Of a DNA stretch of 64,000 bases, positions 10,165 to 21,374 are shown piece by piece (the first letter of the stretch is position 1; every line of letters starts with the position of its first letter). The DNA comes from Nitrospirota bacterium. Its GTDB lineage: Bacteria > Nitrospirota > JACRHJ01. The notes under the pieces were generated by a model. It ran no database searches, was not told the DNA's origin, and saw only the letters and a list, made by a program, of their open reading frames with translations. The translations under genes and the position numbers were made by a program. The stretch is from the NCBI GenBank assembly GCA_963733375.1, contig CAVTDB010000009.1, positions 32,001-96,000 on the forward strand, written 5' to 3'.

Positions 10165-11817
10165 TCCGCCCTCCCGGCGGGTATGTTCACCGTGAATTTA
10201 GTACCTTTGCCCGGCGTGCTTTCCACTTTTATCCTCCCGCCGTGGTCCTCGATTATCCTGTACACAATGGCCAGCCCAAGCCCGGAGCCGCCTTCTTTCG
10301 TGGAGTAGAAGGGGTAGAATATCTTGTCCAGGTCTTCTCCGGGAATCCCTTCGCCCTCGTCCTCCACGGAGATAACGGCCTCTCCCCAGAAGGACCCCGC
10401 CATTACCTTCACCGTGCCCGGACCGGATAAGGACTGTACCGCGTTCAGCGTCAGGTTTAAAAGCACCTGCCTCATCTGGCCGTGGTCCGCCTTTATCAAA
10501 ACCTGGCTTTCCGGCAGGTCCACCGAGAACCTCACGCCTTCGGCGTACTCTCCTCCGCCCTTGACCAGGTTTACCGTATCCCTTACTATTTCTACGATAT
10601 CGCACTGCTCCTTCACGGGCGGCTTCGGCCTGGCGTAGATCAGGAACTCGGTCACTATGCGGTTCAGGCGGTCCATCTCGTTTAAGGCGATGTCCATCAG
10701 GTTTCTGTTGTCGTCGGACAGTAATAGCTCGCTTTTTAATATCTGGAGCGACCCGGACAAAGAGGCCAGCGGGTTTCTTATCTCGTGCGCCATGCCCGCG
10801 GAGAGCTCGCCGATGGCGGCTAACCTGTCCTTCTTCTTTATCTCCGCCTCCATCTCCTTTATCAGCGTTATGTCCTGGAATATGCAGAGCAGGCCGCCCG
10901 CATCGCCTTTTTCATTCTTCAGCAAAGACACCGTCAGCCCCAGCGTAAGTCCCTTCCCGCCCTTCTGGAATGACACTTCGCAGCGGCAAGGCGACTTCTC
11001 AAGGGACCTTATATCTCCAAGTTTATCGACCGAAATCCGGAATCCTGAAAACCTGGTCGAGCGTGCGCCCCTGGACCTCTTCGAACTTAAGCCCCGTTAT
11101 CTCGTGGGCGGCATTATTTAAAGCGCCGATCCTGCCGTCCAGGTCCATCGTGACCATGCCGTCCGCCATGCTCCGGACGATGTTCTCGTTTAACGCCTGG
11201 AGTTCCCTCAGGTCGAAGGCCTTCTCCTCCAGCTCCTTCCTCGCCGCCTTCAGCCTTTCGGACAGGCTGCTGGAGAGGAAGGCCACGGTATAGAATGCGA
11301 CGAAATTCAAAAAAATGTTATAGAATATTTCGCTTTGGGTGTACAGGCGGTCGGGAGAGGGCATGATGACGCCGTAATACTGCAAATCCACTAAAGCCCC
11401 GTATACTATCCCGGCCACCGACGCGATCAGGAAAGCGCCCCGCCTGAAGAGCATTATACCGGCGGCGATTATGGAGAAGAAAAAGGTGAACGAGAACGCG
11501 CTGTCCACGCCCCCCGTAGCGAAGACGATGCTCGCCTCCAGCCCCAGGTCAACCAGTATCTGCGCGTAGGTGAGCGGGGCAAGGTTCCCGATACTGTTAA
11601 AGAGGATAGAATAGAAGATGGTGAGGAAATAGGTCGCGATGATGATGAAGTAGATCGAACTCGGCACCGTGCGGGACTGGTATATCTGCAGGATGGCCAA
11701 TGACCCGAGCAGGAGGGTGACGACCGTCACCCTCAGTATCATCAGCCATTTTACCTTGGGCCTGAGCTCCCGGTCGTTGAAACCGGCTTCGCCTTGGCCT
11801 GAACCCTTAAGAGCCAT
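10161..11817 (-). CDS. pilS: Sensor histidine kinase PilS (frameshift near 11000)
   Basis: Six-TM N-terminus, PAS domain, AHEIRNPL H-box, GSGLGL. Confidence 0.9.
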
Positions 11818-13043
11818 TAACCTACTACGTCTGCCAGGTGGAATATCGGCAGGTACATCGCGATGATTATAAAGCCGACGGAGATGCCGAGGAACACCAT
11901 CAGCGCGGGCTCCAGCGCAGCCGTCATCGCCTCGACCGCCGAGTCCACTTCATCGTCGTAGAAATCGGCGATCTTCGAGAGCATGGAGTCCAAAGCGCCT
12001 GTAGTCTCGCCGACCGAGATCATCTGCGTTACCATCGGCGGGAAGACCTTCGAGCGCTGAAGGGGTTCCGAGAGCGTCTTGCCCTCGCTGATGCTGGCGC
12101 GGGTCTCGAGGACCGTGTTCTCGACGACTTTGTTCCCGGCCGTCTTCGCGACTATCTCAAGCCCGTCCATGATGGGAACGCCCGCCCCCATGAGCGTGCC
12201 CAGGGTGCGTGTGAACTTCGAGACGGCGATTTTCTGGATCAACGGTCCTACGATAGGGGCCTTCAGGAGCATCCTGTCCATGACAAGCCTTCCGGATTTG
12301 GTTGAATAATATTTCCTGACGGCGAGGATTACGGCGACAATAATGCCTAAGACAGGCAAGATTTTCGTTGGGGTGGTCATGAATTTGCTTATGCCTATGA
12401 CGACCAGCGTGGGGCCGGGAAGCTGCCCGCCCATGTCAGCGAACATCTTCGAGAACATCGGGATGACGAAGATCATCAGGATTGCAATGACGCCGACGGC
12501 GACCGTCATGACTATCGAGGGATAAACCATCGCCGACTTTATCTGCTTCTTCATCTTCATGTTCTTTTCTATGTAAGACGTGAGCCTCCCCAGGATGGTG
12601 TCGAGGATGCCGCCCGCCTCGCCCGCCGCGACCAGGTTCACATACAGGGCGTTGAATATCTTGGGGTGTTTGCCCAAAGCGTCCGCATATGTGGAGCCGG
12701 CCTCCACGTCAAGCCGCACCTGGCCGATGGCCTTCGCCAGGACCTTGTTGTCGGTCTGGCGCTCCAGTATCTCCAGACACTGGACCAGGGGCAGGCCCGC
12801 GTCGATCATGGTGGCGAACTGCCTGGTAAAGATTACGATGTCCTTGTCGGAGACGCCGCTCCCGAACGCCGGGAGCTTTATGTCCATCTTCATCCCGGAC
12901 TTGGCGTTTATGGAGGTGACGACGACTCCCTGCCTCCGGAGCTGTGAGATCACCTCGTCTTTGTTGTTCGCCGACGTTTCGCCTTTGGTAGCCTTCCCGT
13001 CCCTGCCCTTGCCGGACCAGGTAAAAGTAAGTGCAGAGGCCAT
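11817..13043 (-). CDS. pilC: Type IV pilus platform protein
   Basis: FTRQFATMIDAGLPL, AGEAGGILD, IAMYLPIF (T2SSF family). Confidence 0.95.
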   Translation of the reverse strand: MASALTFTWSGKGRDGKATKGETSANNKDEVISQLRRQGVVVTSINAKSGMKMDIKLPAFGSGVSDKDIVIFTRQFATMIDAGLPLVQCLEILERQTDNKVLAKAIGQVRLDVEAGSTYADALGKHPKIFNALYVNLVAAGEAGGILDTILGRLTSYIEKNMKMKKQIKSAMVYPSIVMTVAVGVIAILMIFVIPMFSKMFADMGGQLPGPTLVVIGISKFMTTPTKILPVLGIIVAVILAVRKYYSTKSGRLVMDRMLLKAPIVGPLIQKIAVSKFTRTLGTLMGAGVPIMDGLEIVAKTAGNKVVENTVLETRASISEGKTLSEPLQRSKVFPPMVTQMISVGETTGALDSMLSKIADFYDDEVDSAVEAMTAALEPALMVFLGISVGFIIIAMYLPIFHLADVVG

Positions 13044-13064
13044 GTTTAACCCTCCTTTTAGATG

Positions 13065-14162
13065 CTATCTCTTCAGCACAGGTTTGCCATGGGAATCCCG
13101 CGACTTGGAAAGCATCCCCAGGAATTCCTCCGGAACCGGACTTCTTCCCAGGGCCTCGTCGTAGGATATTATCCGCTTTGTAAAGAGGTCGAAGAGGGCC
13201 TGGTTCATCGTCTGCATACCGAACCTCGACTGGCCCGTCTGCATGGACGAGTAAAGCTGGTGCACCTTGTCCTCCCGGATGAGGTTCCTTATCGCGGGAG
13301 ACGGGATCAGTATCTCGGCGGCGAGCGCGCGCCCCTGCCCGCTCATCTTAGGGACAAGCTGCTGGGCGATAATGCCCTCCAGCACGAAAGAGAGCTGTGC
13401 GCGGATCTGCGGCTGCTGGTACGGCGGGAACACGTCGATAATCCTGTTTATGGTCTGGACGGCGGAGTTGGTATGGAGTGTGGCCAGCGCAAGATGGCCG
13501 GTCTCCGACACGGTCATGGCGGCCTCCATGGTCTCCAGGTCCCTCATTTCGCCGATCAGCACCACGTCCGGGTCCTGCCTGAGGACGTACTTGAGGGCCT
13601 GCTTGAAGCTCTTTGTGTCCGCGCCGACTTCCCGCTGGTTCACGACCCCCTTCTTGTGCTGGTGCAGGAACTCTATGGGGTCCTCCACCGTGATGATATG
13701 CTCGTGCCGCTCGGAGTTTATCTTGTCCAGCATGGAGGCCAGGGTCGTGGACTTGCCTGAGCCGGTCGGGCCGGTGACGAGTATCAGCCCACGTGTCTTC
13801 TTCACCAGTTCGTCCACGATGGGCGGGAGGTTCAGTTCCTCGAACGAGAGTATCTTGAACGGTATCGTCCTTACCGCCGCGGCGACGGCGCCTCTCTGCA
13901 TGAAGACATTCGCCCTGAAGCGGGAGAGCCCTTTTATGCCGAAGGAGAGGTCAAGCTCGTCGTTCTCCTCGAACTTGTGCTTCTGCACATCCGTCAGGAT
14001 GCTGTAGCATATCTGCTTCGTCTCCGCGGCCGAGAGCGGAGGGAGGTTCATCGGGACCAGCTGGCCGTCGATCCTCAACTGGGGCGGAGAGCCCGTGGTG
14101 ATGTGCAGGTCGGAGGCCCCCTTGTCGATCATCGTCTGTAGAAGCTGGTGCAGGTTTGCCAT
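13065..14162 (-). CDS. pilT: Pilus retraction ATPase
   Basis: GPTGSGKSTT, ETGHL, AIRNLIRE motif. Confidence 0.97.
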   Translation of the reverse strand: MANLHQLLQTMIDKGASDLHITTGSPPQLRIDGQLVPMNLPPLSAAETKQICYSILTDVQKHKFEENDELDLSFGIKGLSRFRANVFMQRGAVAAAVRTIPFKILSFEELNLPPIVDELVKKTRGLILVTGPTGSGKSTTLASMLDKINSERHEHIITVEDPIEFLHQHKKGVVNQREVGADTKSFKQALKYVLRQDPDVVLIGEMRDLETMEAAMTVSETGHLALATLHTNSAVQTINRIIDVFPPYQQPQIRAQLSFVLEGIIAQQLVPKMSGQGRALAAEILIPSPAIRNLIREDKVHQLYSSMQTGQSRFGMQTMNQALFDLFTKRIISYDEALGRSPVPEEFLGMLSKSRDSHGKPVLKR

Positions 14163-14168
14163 AGTACT

Positions 14169-15869
14169 CTAATCTCCGAAGGTTACCCTGAGCACCTCTT
14201 CTATTGAAGAGACGCCCTGCGCTATCTTGGTGAGGCCGCTCTTCCGGAGCGATTTGCAGCCGTCGTTCAACATGCATTTTTTTATCTCCGTCGCCGTCGC
14301 GCCCTCAAGTATAAGTTCCTTTATACCCGCCGATATCGGCATGACCTCGTAGAGGGCCACCCTGCCCTTGTAGCCCGTGCCGCCGCATAGGTCGCAGCCG
14401 CGGCCTTTGTACGGCACCACCTCTTTCGCCTCCTCCTCGGTAAACCCCACGTCGATAAGGGCCTGAAGAGGCACCTTCTCCGGCTCTTTGCAGTGCTGGC
14501 ATACCCTCCTGCAGAGCCTCTGCGCCAGGATAAGTATAGTGGAGGAAGCCACCAGGAACGGCTCGATGCCCATATTCAGGAGACGGTTGATCGTGGAGGG
14601 AGCGTCGTTGGTGTGGAGGGTGGAAAGCACCAGGTGGCCGGTGAGGGCGGCCTTGACCGCTATCTCGGCCGTCTCGTAGTCCCTTATCTCGCCGACCATT
14701 ATTACATCCGGGTCCTGCCGGAGGAAAGAACGGAGCGTCGCGGCGAAATTAAGGCCTATCTCGTCTTTCATCTGGACCTGGTTTATCCCCATCAGGTTAT
14801 ACTCGACAGGGTCTTCGGCGGTCATAATATTCACGTCCACCTTGTTGACGTTCGAGAGGGCGGAATAGAGCGTGGTGGACTTGCCGGAGCCGGTCGGGCC
14901 GGTGACCAGCACCATCCCGTACGGGCTGTTTATGGCCTTGAAGAAGTCCACCCCGGCCTTTTCCTCGAAACCGAGCTTGGCCAAGTCGAGCTGGAGGTTC
15001 CCCTTGTCCAGGATACGCATGACTATCTTCTCGCCGAAGAGCGTCGGCAGGGAGGAGACGCGGAGGTCCACCTCCTTGCCCTTCATCTTGAGTTTTATGC
15101 GCCCGTCCTGCGGGAGCCTGCGCTCGGATATGTCCAGCTCGGACATGATCTTCAGACGGCTTGTCAGGGCCGCCCGGAGCCTCATCGGCGGCTGCATCGT
15201 CTCGTAGAGCACCCCGTCCACCCTGTAGCGCACGCGGAAGGATTTTTCATAGGGCTCTATATGGATATCGCTTGCGCCCTTGGATATGGCGTCGGTCAGG
15301 ATGAGGTTCACGAGCTTTACGACGGGCGCGTCCTCGACCGCCTGCTTCAGGTCGCCCAGGTTGACGTCTTCCTCTTCATCCGTGATGAGGTCGACGTTCT
15401 CATCGCCCTCCTTGAGGGTCGCCATGACGTCGTGGAGGGCTTCGGCGGTGTCGTAATATTTGTTTACGGCGGCCTTTATCGCGGCCTCGGACGCGACGAC
15501 CGGCTCGACGTTATAGCCGGTCATGAACTTGACGTCGTCCAGCGCGAAGACGTTCGACGGGTCCACCATCGCTATGGTGATGGTCGCCCCGGTGCGGTTG
15601 ATGGGCATTATCTGGTATTTCTGGACTACGTCTGAGGGAATGAGCTTGCAGAGGCTTTGGTCTATGTCCAGTTCCTGGAGGTTTACCGCCGGGATGCCGT
15701 ACTGCTTGCTGAGGAAGGAAATCAGTCTATCTTCGCCGATAAAACCGAGTTTTACCAGGTTTGAGCCTAAACGTCCCCCGTCCTTCTGCTGGACGGAGAG
15801 CGCCCTTTTAAGCTGGTCGTCCGTTATCATCTCCGCGGACACCAGCAACTGTCCAAGCCTGCCTGCCAT
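14169..15869 (-). CDS. pilB: Pilus assembly ATPase
   Basis: N-terminal RLGQLL/RLGSNL (MshEN-like), ERRLPQDGR, Walker A, tetracysteine motif. Confidence 0.97.
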   Translation of the reverse strand: MAGRLGQLLVSAEMITDDQLKRALSVQQKDGGRLGSNLVKLGFIGEDRLISFLSKQYGIPAVNLQELDIDQSLCKLIPSDVVQKYQIMPINRTGATITIAMVDPSNVFALDDVKFMTGYNVEPVVASEAAIKAAVNKYYDTAEALHDVMATLKEGDENVDLITDEEEDVNLGDLKQAVEDAPVVKLVNLILTDAISKGASDIHIEPYEKSFRVRYRVDGVLYETMQPPMRLRAALTSRLKIMSELDISERRLPQDGRIKLKMKGKEVDLRVSSLPTLFGEKIVMRILDKGNLQLDLAKLGFEEKAGVDFFKAINSPYGMVLVTGPTGSGKSTTLYSALSNVNKVDVNIMTAEDPVEYNLMGINQVQMKDEIGLNFAATLRSFLRQDPDVIMVGEIRDYETAEIAVKAALTGHLVLSTLHTNDAPSTINRLLNMGIEPFLVASSTILILAQRLCRRVCQHCKEPEKVPLQALIDVGFTEEEAKEVVPYKGRGCDLCGGTGYKGRVALYEVMPISAGIKELILEGATATEIKKCMLNDGCKSLRKSGLTKIAQGVSSIEEVLRVTFGD

Positions 15870-15910
15870 TTAGCTCTCCTGGAACGCGTAAGGCTCGAAA
15901 TTAAAGGTAA

Positions 15911-15939
15911 ATTTTACGTTACCGGGCCTTTGGTGTCAA
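15911..15939 (-). promoter_or_regulatory. sigma70-type promoter of pilB
   Basis: TTGACA-17bp-TAAAAT. Confidence 0.6.
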
Positions 15940-15971
15940 GGACAATCAGCTTTTGACCGGGGCAGGGCAGG

Positions 15972-16830
15972 TTAAATCTTTTTAACCTTGAGTCCTTTCT
16001 CCAGCGCCTCCCTCATCACCTCCACGGGCGGGAGCACGCCCAGCCAGTGCTCGAATGCGATTACCCCCTGGTAAAGCAGCATCCCCAGGCCGTTTGAGAT
16101 TCTGGCCCCAGCCTTTTCCGCGGCGGTCATCACCGCAGTTTTCGGGGGGTTGTAAACGATGTCGTAGAAGAACTGGCCCTTGCCGAACGCGCCCGCGGGT
16201 ATGGGCAGCGGGTCGCCCTCGCGCATCCCGAGCGGCGTGGCGTTTACTATCAGTTCGCATGAGCGGATGAAGTCCTGGTCCAAGGGCATGGTCCGCGCCG
16301 CGTCCTTTTCCAAGCGCGGTATTTAAATCCAGCACCAGTTTGTCCCGTTTAGGCCCGTCCACGTCGTACAGGAAAATCGGGCCCGCGCCCGCTTTGAGCA
16401 GGGCGAACGCTATACCCCTGGCCGCCCCGCCCGCGCCGCAGATAAAGACCTTTTTCTCCTCAGGGTCAAACTTCGCGTCGTCCTTGAGGGACTTCACAAA
16501 CCCCCGCCCGTCGGTGTTGTAGCCTTTCAGCACGCCGTCACGGTTTACGATTGTGTTGACGGCGCCTAAAAGCTCTCGCCTCATCGTCCACCTCGTCAAG
16601 AAATTCGATGACCCGCTCCTTGTGCGGCACGGTGATGTTGGCGCCCGCGAAACCCATCGCCCGAAGCCCAGGACAGCGTCTTTAAGTCCGTTCGGCCGGA
16701 CATGAAAGGGCACATAGACGCAGTCCATGCCGAGCGCGGCGAAGGCGGCGTTGTGCATGGCGGGAGACAGCGTATGCTCTATCGGGTCGCCGAATATGGC
16801 GATAACTTTCGTGTGTCCGGAAATTTTCAT
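15972..16830 (-). CDS. aroE: Shikimate dehydrogenase (frameshifted)
   Basis: GDPIEHTLSPAMHN, GAVNT, NTDG, GAGGAARG, NATPLGM, GLGMLLYQG. Confidence 0.95.
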
Positions 16831-18157
16831 AAAGCCTCCAGTAATCCCCGCGCCGTCGGCTCGATCATTATAATTTTCAGCCCCGTCTCGCGCTCCACGT
16901 CCTCCGGCGTCAGGTCGTCTAAGAACACGCCCGCCCCGTCGCGCATGGTGACGGACGGAATAATCGCCGCATCGGCTTTTTTGCCTTTCAGGGCGGCTAT
17001 TATATCATTGCCGGACAGAAGCCCGGTAACGGTTACTTTTTCGCCAAAGAGATTGTTCTTCACCGGCAGGACGCGAAGTTTCAGGTTTTCGACTTTAGCC
17101 TCAATCTCTTTCGCTATTTCTTTCAGTATCGGCTCAAATGATTTCCCCGTTATCAGTATAAGGTTTTCAGCCCCGTTTCTCTTTGCTACTTTCTCTTTCC
17201 GCAAAGAGAAAGTAGAGGTTTTCATAGCCTTTTTGAACTCGTCCAGGAAATCCCGCACCAGCCCCACGCCGTTGTCGATCTGCGGATAGCCGTCATATTC
17301 TTTAACCGGCGGAAAGTCGCGCCCGGCCTTTAGATAAAACTCATCCGACGGATACACGAAACTGACGCCGAACTTGCGCCGGTATTTTTTCCGGAGAGGC
17401 TCCAGCCCGTCGAGGAGCTTCAGGCTCTCATTTTTTGTGAATAGCCCGGAGCGGGTACAGTTTTTCCCGGTGCTTCGTAAGCCCCACCGGGACGACGGCA
17501 AGGGACTGCACCTTCGGATAAAATGCCGCCAGGTCCTCCGTCGTCTTTATAAGCGCCGCGCCGTCGTTTATTCCCGGCGCGACCACCGCCTGGGTATGGA
17601 GCACGATGCCGCTGTCCGTAAGTTTTTTTATGCCCTCCAAAATCGAAGGCGCCTTGCAGTTGCCCAGAAGAAACCGGCGAAGGCTGTCGTCGGTTGCAGT
17701 GGACGGAGACATATAAAGGCGAGAGGCGTTCCCGGATTATCCGGGCAAAATCCTCGTCCTTCATCGTGGTCATCGTAACGTAGTTGCCGTACAGGAAGCT
17801 GTGGCGGTAGTCCTCGTCCTTCACGTACAGGCTGCGCCTAAGCCCGGCGGGCATCTGCTCCACGAAGCAGAACACGCAGTGGTTGTTGCAGGCGCGCACC
17901 CTCATCGGCGGCGCGATTATTCCAAGGTCGTCATCCTCGTCCTTTTCTATCTCTATCTCGGCTATGCCGCCGGATTTTTTCTTAACCAGAAGGGTGACTT
18001 CTTCGGAGGCGATAAGGTAGCGGTACGCCAGGTAGTCCGGTACGGGAGAGGAGTTGACGGAGATTATCTCGTCGCCTACTTCCATGCCGACCTCGGAGGC
18101 TATGCCGCCCGGCTCAATGCCCGCGATTTTAAGACCTTTTAACGATATATTTTTCAT
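16827..18157 (-). CDS. PDZ/radical SAM-like DUF512 protein (frameshifted)
   Basis: N-terminal PDZ, CNNHCVFC, KDEDYRHSFLYGNY, SDEFYL, PQIDNGVG, VTGLLSG. Confidence 0.85.
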
Positions 18158-19233
18158 GGTTTATCCGTATAGAATTCCGATTCCCTGTAACTCTTTATGA
18201 ATCCCGCCACGAACACTTTGATTACCGCCGCGATGGGCACGGCAAGGAGTATTCCCGCGAAGCCGAAGAGCTTCCCCAGCACCAGGAGCGACAGGATGAT
18301 TATTACCGGGTGGAGGCCGAGCTTGTGCCCGATTACTTTCGGAGTGATAATATAGCCTTCAACCGTCTGGACAAACACTATTATGCCGACAACAATAAGC
18401 GGGTGGACGGCGTCGTGGTACTTCAGGAGCACCAGGACTATGGCCGTCAGGCCTGCGACGGTCGTGCCCAGATACGGCACGAGGTTCAGCAGCCCGCCGC
18501 CCATGCCGACCAGTATGGGCATGTCCACGCCGACGAAATAAAAGCCGATGCAGTACATCACGCCCATTATAAGGGCCACCAGGAGCTGGCCCTTCGCGAA
18601 GTCTTTAAGGACCGCCTCTATCTCTTTAAGCTTCGCAACGATATATTGCCGGTATCCGTCCGGCATCAGTTCCAGGGCGGATTTCTTCATGTTCTCCCAG
18701 GACATGAGGAGATATATCATGAACATGGGGATAAGGAAAACGGTCAGGACCACGATAAAGAAATTCAGCGTGCCGGCCACGAAGCCCAGGACGCGCCCGA
18801 ACGCCGACGTAAAAGACTCCGGAGAGAGGTTGGATATCTGGCTCTTCAGGTTATCTATCAGCGAGTTGAAATCCAATCCCGGCCCGAGGCCAAGGGTGCG
18901 GCTGATGTACGGAAAATAGTCGTTTTTGAAGGTATCTATATAAGAAGGGATGTTATTCACGAGCTGGGGTATCTCCAGCATGAGGATGTATATCACCCCG
19001 AACAGAAGCCCCGCCAGCATGGCAAAAAGGAGCAAAGAGAAAAACGCCGCCCCGACGCCCCTGGGTATCTTCCGTCTCTCCAGGAAACAGACCGCCGGGT
19101 TCAGTATATATGCGAAAAGGAGCGCCAGGACAAACGGGGTTATGGTTTCCCCAAGCGTCCATGTCAGCAAGAATAAGACGGCCAGTAAGAGGAAGACCGC
19201 GAGGTCAACCTGCCAGATTATTTTTTTTATCAT
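18154..19233 (-). CDS. AI-2E (PerM) family transporter
   Basis: PFVLALLFAYILNP, ITPKVIGHKLGLHP, LLAVPIAA. Confidence 0.9.
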   Translation of the reverse strand: MIKKIIWQVDLAVFLLLAVLFLLTWTLGETITPFVLALLFAYILNPAVCFLERRKIPRGVGAAFFSLLLFAMLAGLLFGVIYILMLEIPQLVNNIPSYIDTFKNDYFPYISRTLGLGPGLDFNSLIDNLKSQISNLSPESFTSAFGRVLGFVAGTLNFFIVVLTVFLIPMFMIYLLMSWENMKKSALELMPDGYRQYIVAKLKEIEAVLKDFAKGQLLVALIMGVMYCIGFYFVGVDMPILVGMGGGLLNLVPYLGTTVAGLTAIVLVLLKYHDAVHPLIVVGIIVFVQTVEGYIITPKVIGHKLGLHPVIIILSLLVLGKLFGFAGILLAVPIAAVIKVFVAGFIKSYRESEFYTDKP

Positions 19234-19754
19234 GCATTATCCTGAACCCCCGGAAAAGGTATTGGATGCCGGAGGTTATTAAAAGCGCGGCTGTGATCCA
19301 GACGAGATATTCCGTCAGGTCGAATTCCCGGTTCAGATATACCCCCACCAGGGCGACCACGAGCAGGGTAATCAACATGAACGTGGTCACCTTTCCCAGC
19401 AGGACGGGCTTGATCTTCTTTTTAAAACCCCGCTTGTAGAGGTAGAGGCTCCCGGCGACGATAACCACGTCCCTGACGATTACCGTCCCCGCGAGCCAGA
19501 GCGGGAGCTTGTCCATCAAGGCCAGGGCGATGAAGGCCGTAAGCACGAGGAATTTATCGGCAAGGGGGTCTAAGAACATGCCCAGTTCGGTCTTCTGGTT
19601 CATCATCCGGGCGATAGCGCCGTCAATCGCGTCCGTCATCCCCGCCACGATGAACACGCCCAGCGCCGGGCCGTATTTATCATAAATAAGCAACAGGAGG
19701 AATACCGGGACGAGGGCTATCCGAAGGCAGAGTGATGATGTTGGGTAGGTTCAT
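19205..19754 (-). CDS. CDP-alcohol phosphatidyltransferase, PgsA-like (frameshift near the start)
   Basis: MNLPNIIT start; DAIDGAIAR...GMFLDPLADK signature. Confidence 0.9.
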
Positions 19755-20725
19755 TTGTCCGTGCCGCCGCCTTTGTAGAACTGCCGCTCGTACAGCCTGT
19801 GCCAGGCCGTGAACTTTCCTTCCTGGACGTCTTTATCCGCGAATTCCGCCAGTCCCTGGAGCTTCGCGTCAAGGTTGTCCGCGTAGTGCAGTATGAAGGC
19901 CTCCATGCACTTGGGCCGCTTCGGAGAGCCATACTCGTACTCGCCGTGGTGAGATATGACCATGTGCATCAGGAGGTCCGCCTTCTCCGGGTCCTTCTCC
20001 GGAATCCCGTCCAGCTTCTCCTTCAGGGCCATCAGCCCCAGGGTCACGTGGCCCAGAAGCTTTCCCCTGAACGTATAGTCGAACCCCGCGCCGGAGGAGA
20101 GTTCCTCGACTTTTCCTATATCGTGCAGGAACGCCCCCGCTACCAAGAGGTCCCTGTCCACCATCAAGGCGACCAGGGGGTCGGAGACCCGGTACTCATC
20201 GTAAATCAGCGTCGCCAGTCTCACTACCTTTAGCGTATGTTGCAGGAGCCCCCCGGCGAAGACGTGGTGCATCCCCTTCGCGGCCGGGGCCGTCCTGAAT
20301 TTCTCCACGAAAACCGGGTCGTCCAGAAAGCCGAGCAGGAGTCCCTTAATCCAGTCCGTCCTGACGCCCTGGGCCGCCGTCCTTAGCTCCATGAGCATCG
20401 CATCGACGTCTTTTTCGGTCGTCGGCAGTATGCGCTCCAAGTAATCCTCCGGCGCCTGCACTTTTTTCAGGTCGCGCACGGATAGCTGAAGGCTGCCGTT
20501 ATATGAGCCCACCTCGGCCCGGACTGCCACGATATCGCCCTTCTCGAACTTAAGCGAAAGGCTTTCGGCGTTGTCCCAGGCCACGGCCTCCACGCTGCCG
20601 GTCTTGTCCGCCAGCCTGAGCGAGAGGAACGGCTTTCCCTGCCTGGTCTTCTTCAGCTGTTTTTCCGTCGCGGCAAATACGGATTCTACTTTCTCGCCGT
20701 CTGAAAGCTCGTTTACGAACTTCAA
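19751..20725 (-). CDS. yhaM: YhaM-like OB-fold/HD 3'-5' exoribonuclease
   Basis: OB fold; PAAKGMHH, LHDIGK, SHHGEYEYGSP, HYADNLDAK. Confidence 0.85.
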   Translation of the reverse strand: MKFVNELSDGEKVESVFAATEKQLKKTRQGKPFLSLRLADKTGSVEAVAWDNAESLSLKFEKGDIVAVRAEVGSYNGSLQLSVRDLKKVQAPEDYLERILPTTEKDVDAMLMELRTAAQGVRTDWIKGLLLGFLDDPVFVEKFRTAPAAKGMHHVFAGGLLQHTLKVVRLATLIYDEYRVSDPLVALMVDRDLLVAGAFLHDIGKVEELSSGAGFDYTFRGKLLGHVTLGLMALKEKLDGIPEKDPEKADLLMHMVISHHGEYEYGSPKRPKCMEAFILHYADNLDAKLQGLAEFADKDVQEGKFTAWHRLYERQFYKGGGTDK

Positions 20726-20750
20726 TTTATCTCCTCCCCTTACGGGGCCG

Positions 20751-20780
20751 AGTATATTTGCAATCTTATTGTCCTGTCAA
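20751..20780 (-). promoter_or_regulatory. sigma70-type promoter of yhaM
   Basis: TTGACA-18bp-TATACT. Confidence 0.55.
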
Positions 20781-20787
20781 GGTAATT

Positions 20788-21306
20788 TCATTTTGCCTTG
20801 CCCCTGAAGATGCCCTTTATCCCGGCAAAGGTCCTAAGCCCGAACATCGCCCGGTCGATCAGGTGGATGAAACCCTCCAGCTTCTCCAGGCGGCTGGCAA
20901 GGAACTTAAGCTCCGGATCGTTTTCCTCGTCGTGTTTATATTCCACGAATGCCCGCTGGTCGCAAATCTCCTGGAGCGCGCTCCCCATTTCCTTCTCGCG
21001 CCGCTCCTTGAGCACGGTCTGGAGTATCTGGAAGAAATCCGATTCCGCCTCAAAACACAACTCTTGCCCGTCCTTCGGCGGGGCCTCCTTTACAGCGCCC
21101 AGTCTTTTCAAGAGCTTAAGCTTGCCCTCCACCGCGGGGGCCTCGGATTTCAGCTCCGCCGCCAGTTCCGCAAGACACAACGGGTCCTGAGAGAGGAACA
21201 GAAGCCCCCATATCCGGGCCTCCAGGAGGTCTATTCCCCAGAACCCTATCGCGGCGGCCAAGGCCTCGATGGCCTTATCCCGCGCCTCTTTTACGTCTTT
21301 GTCCAT
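20788..21306 (-). CDS. GbsR/MarR family transcriptional regulator
   Basis: FWGI...ARIWGLLFLSQDPL..ELA winged helix plus C-terminal coiled coil. Confidence 0.7.
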   Translation of the reverse strand: MDKDVKEARDKAIEALAAAIGFWGIDLLEARIWGLLFLSQDPLCLAELAAELKSEAPAVEGKLKLLKRLGAVKEAPPKDGQELCFEAESDFFQILQTVLKERREKEMGSALQEICDQRAFVEYKHDEENDPELKFLASRLEKLEGFIHLIDRAMFGLRTFAGIKGIFRGKAK

Positions 21307-21324
21307 TATTAAAATATAACATAA

Positions 21325-21358
21325 ACAAAAAAGGCAGCCGATAGGCTGCCTTTTTTGT
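21325..21358. terminator. Intrinsic terminator ending the glutamate synthase operon
   Basis: ACAAAAAAGGCAGCC-gata-GGCTGCCTTTTTTGT, with T-tracts on both strands. Confidence 0.85.
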
Positions 21359-21374
21359 CCATTTGAAACTTTAA

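Noticed and set aside
14493-15635. Long antisense ORFs (also 18310-19176, 22966-23892, 29271-30137, 62501-63316 and others)
   Set aside because: These are shadow frames of well-supported opposite-strand genes in GC-rich DNA and have no recognisable motifs.
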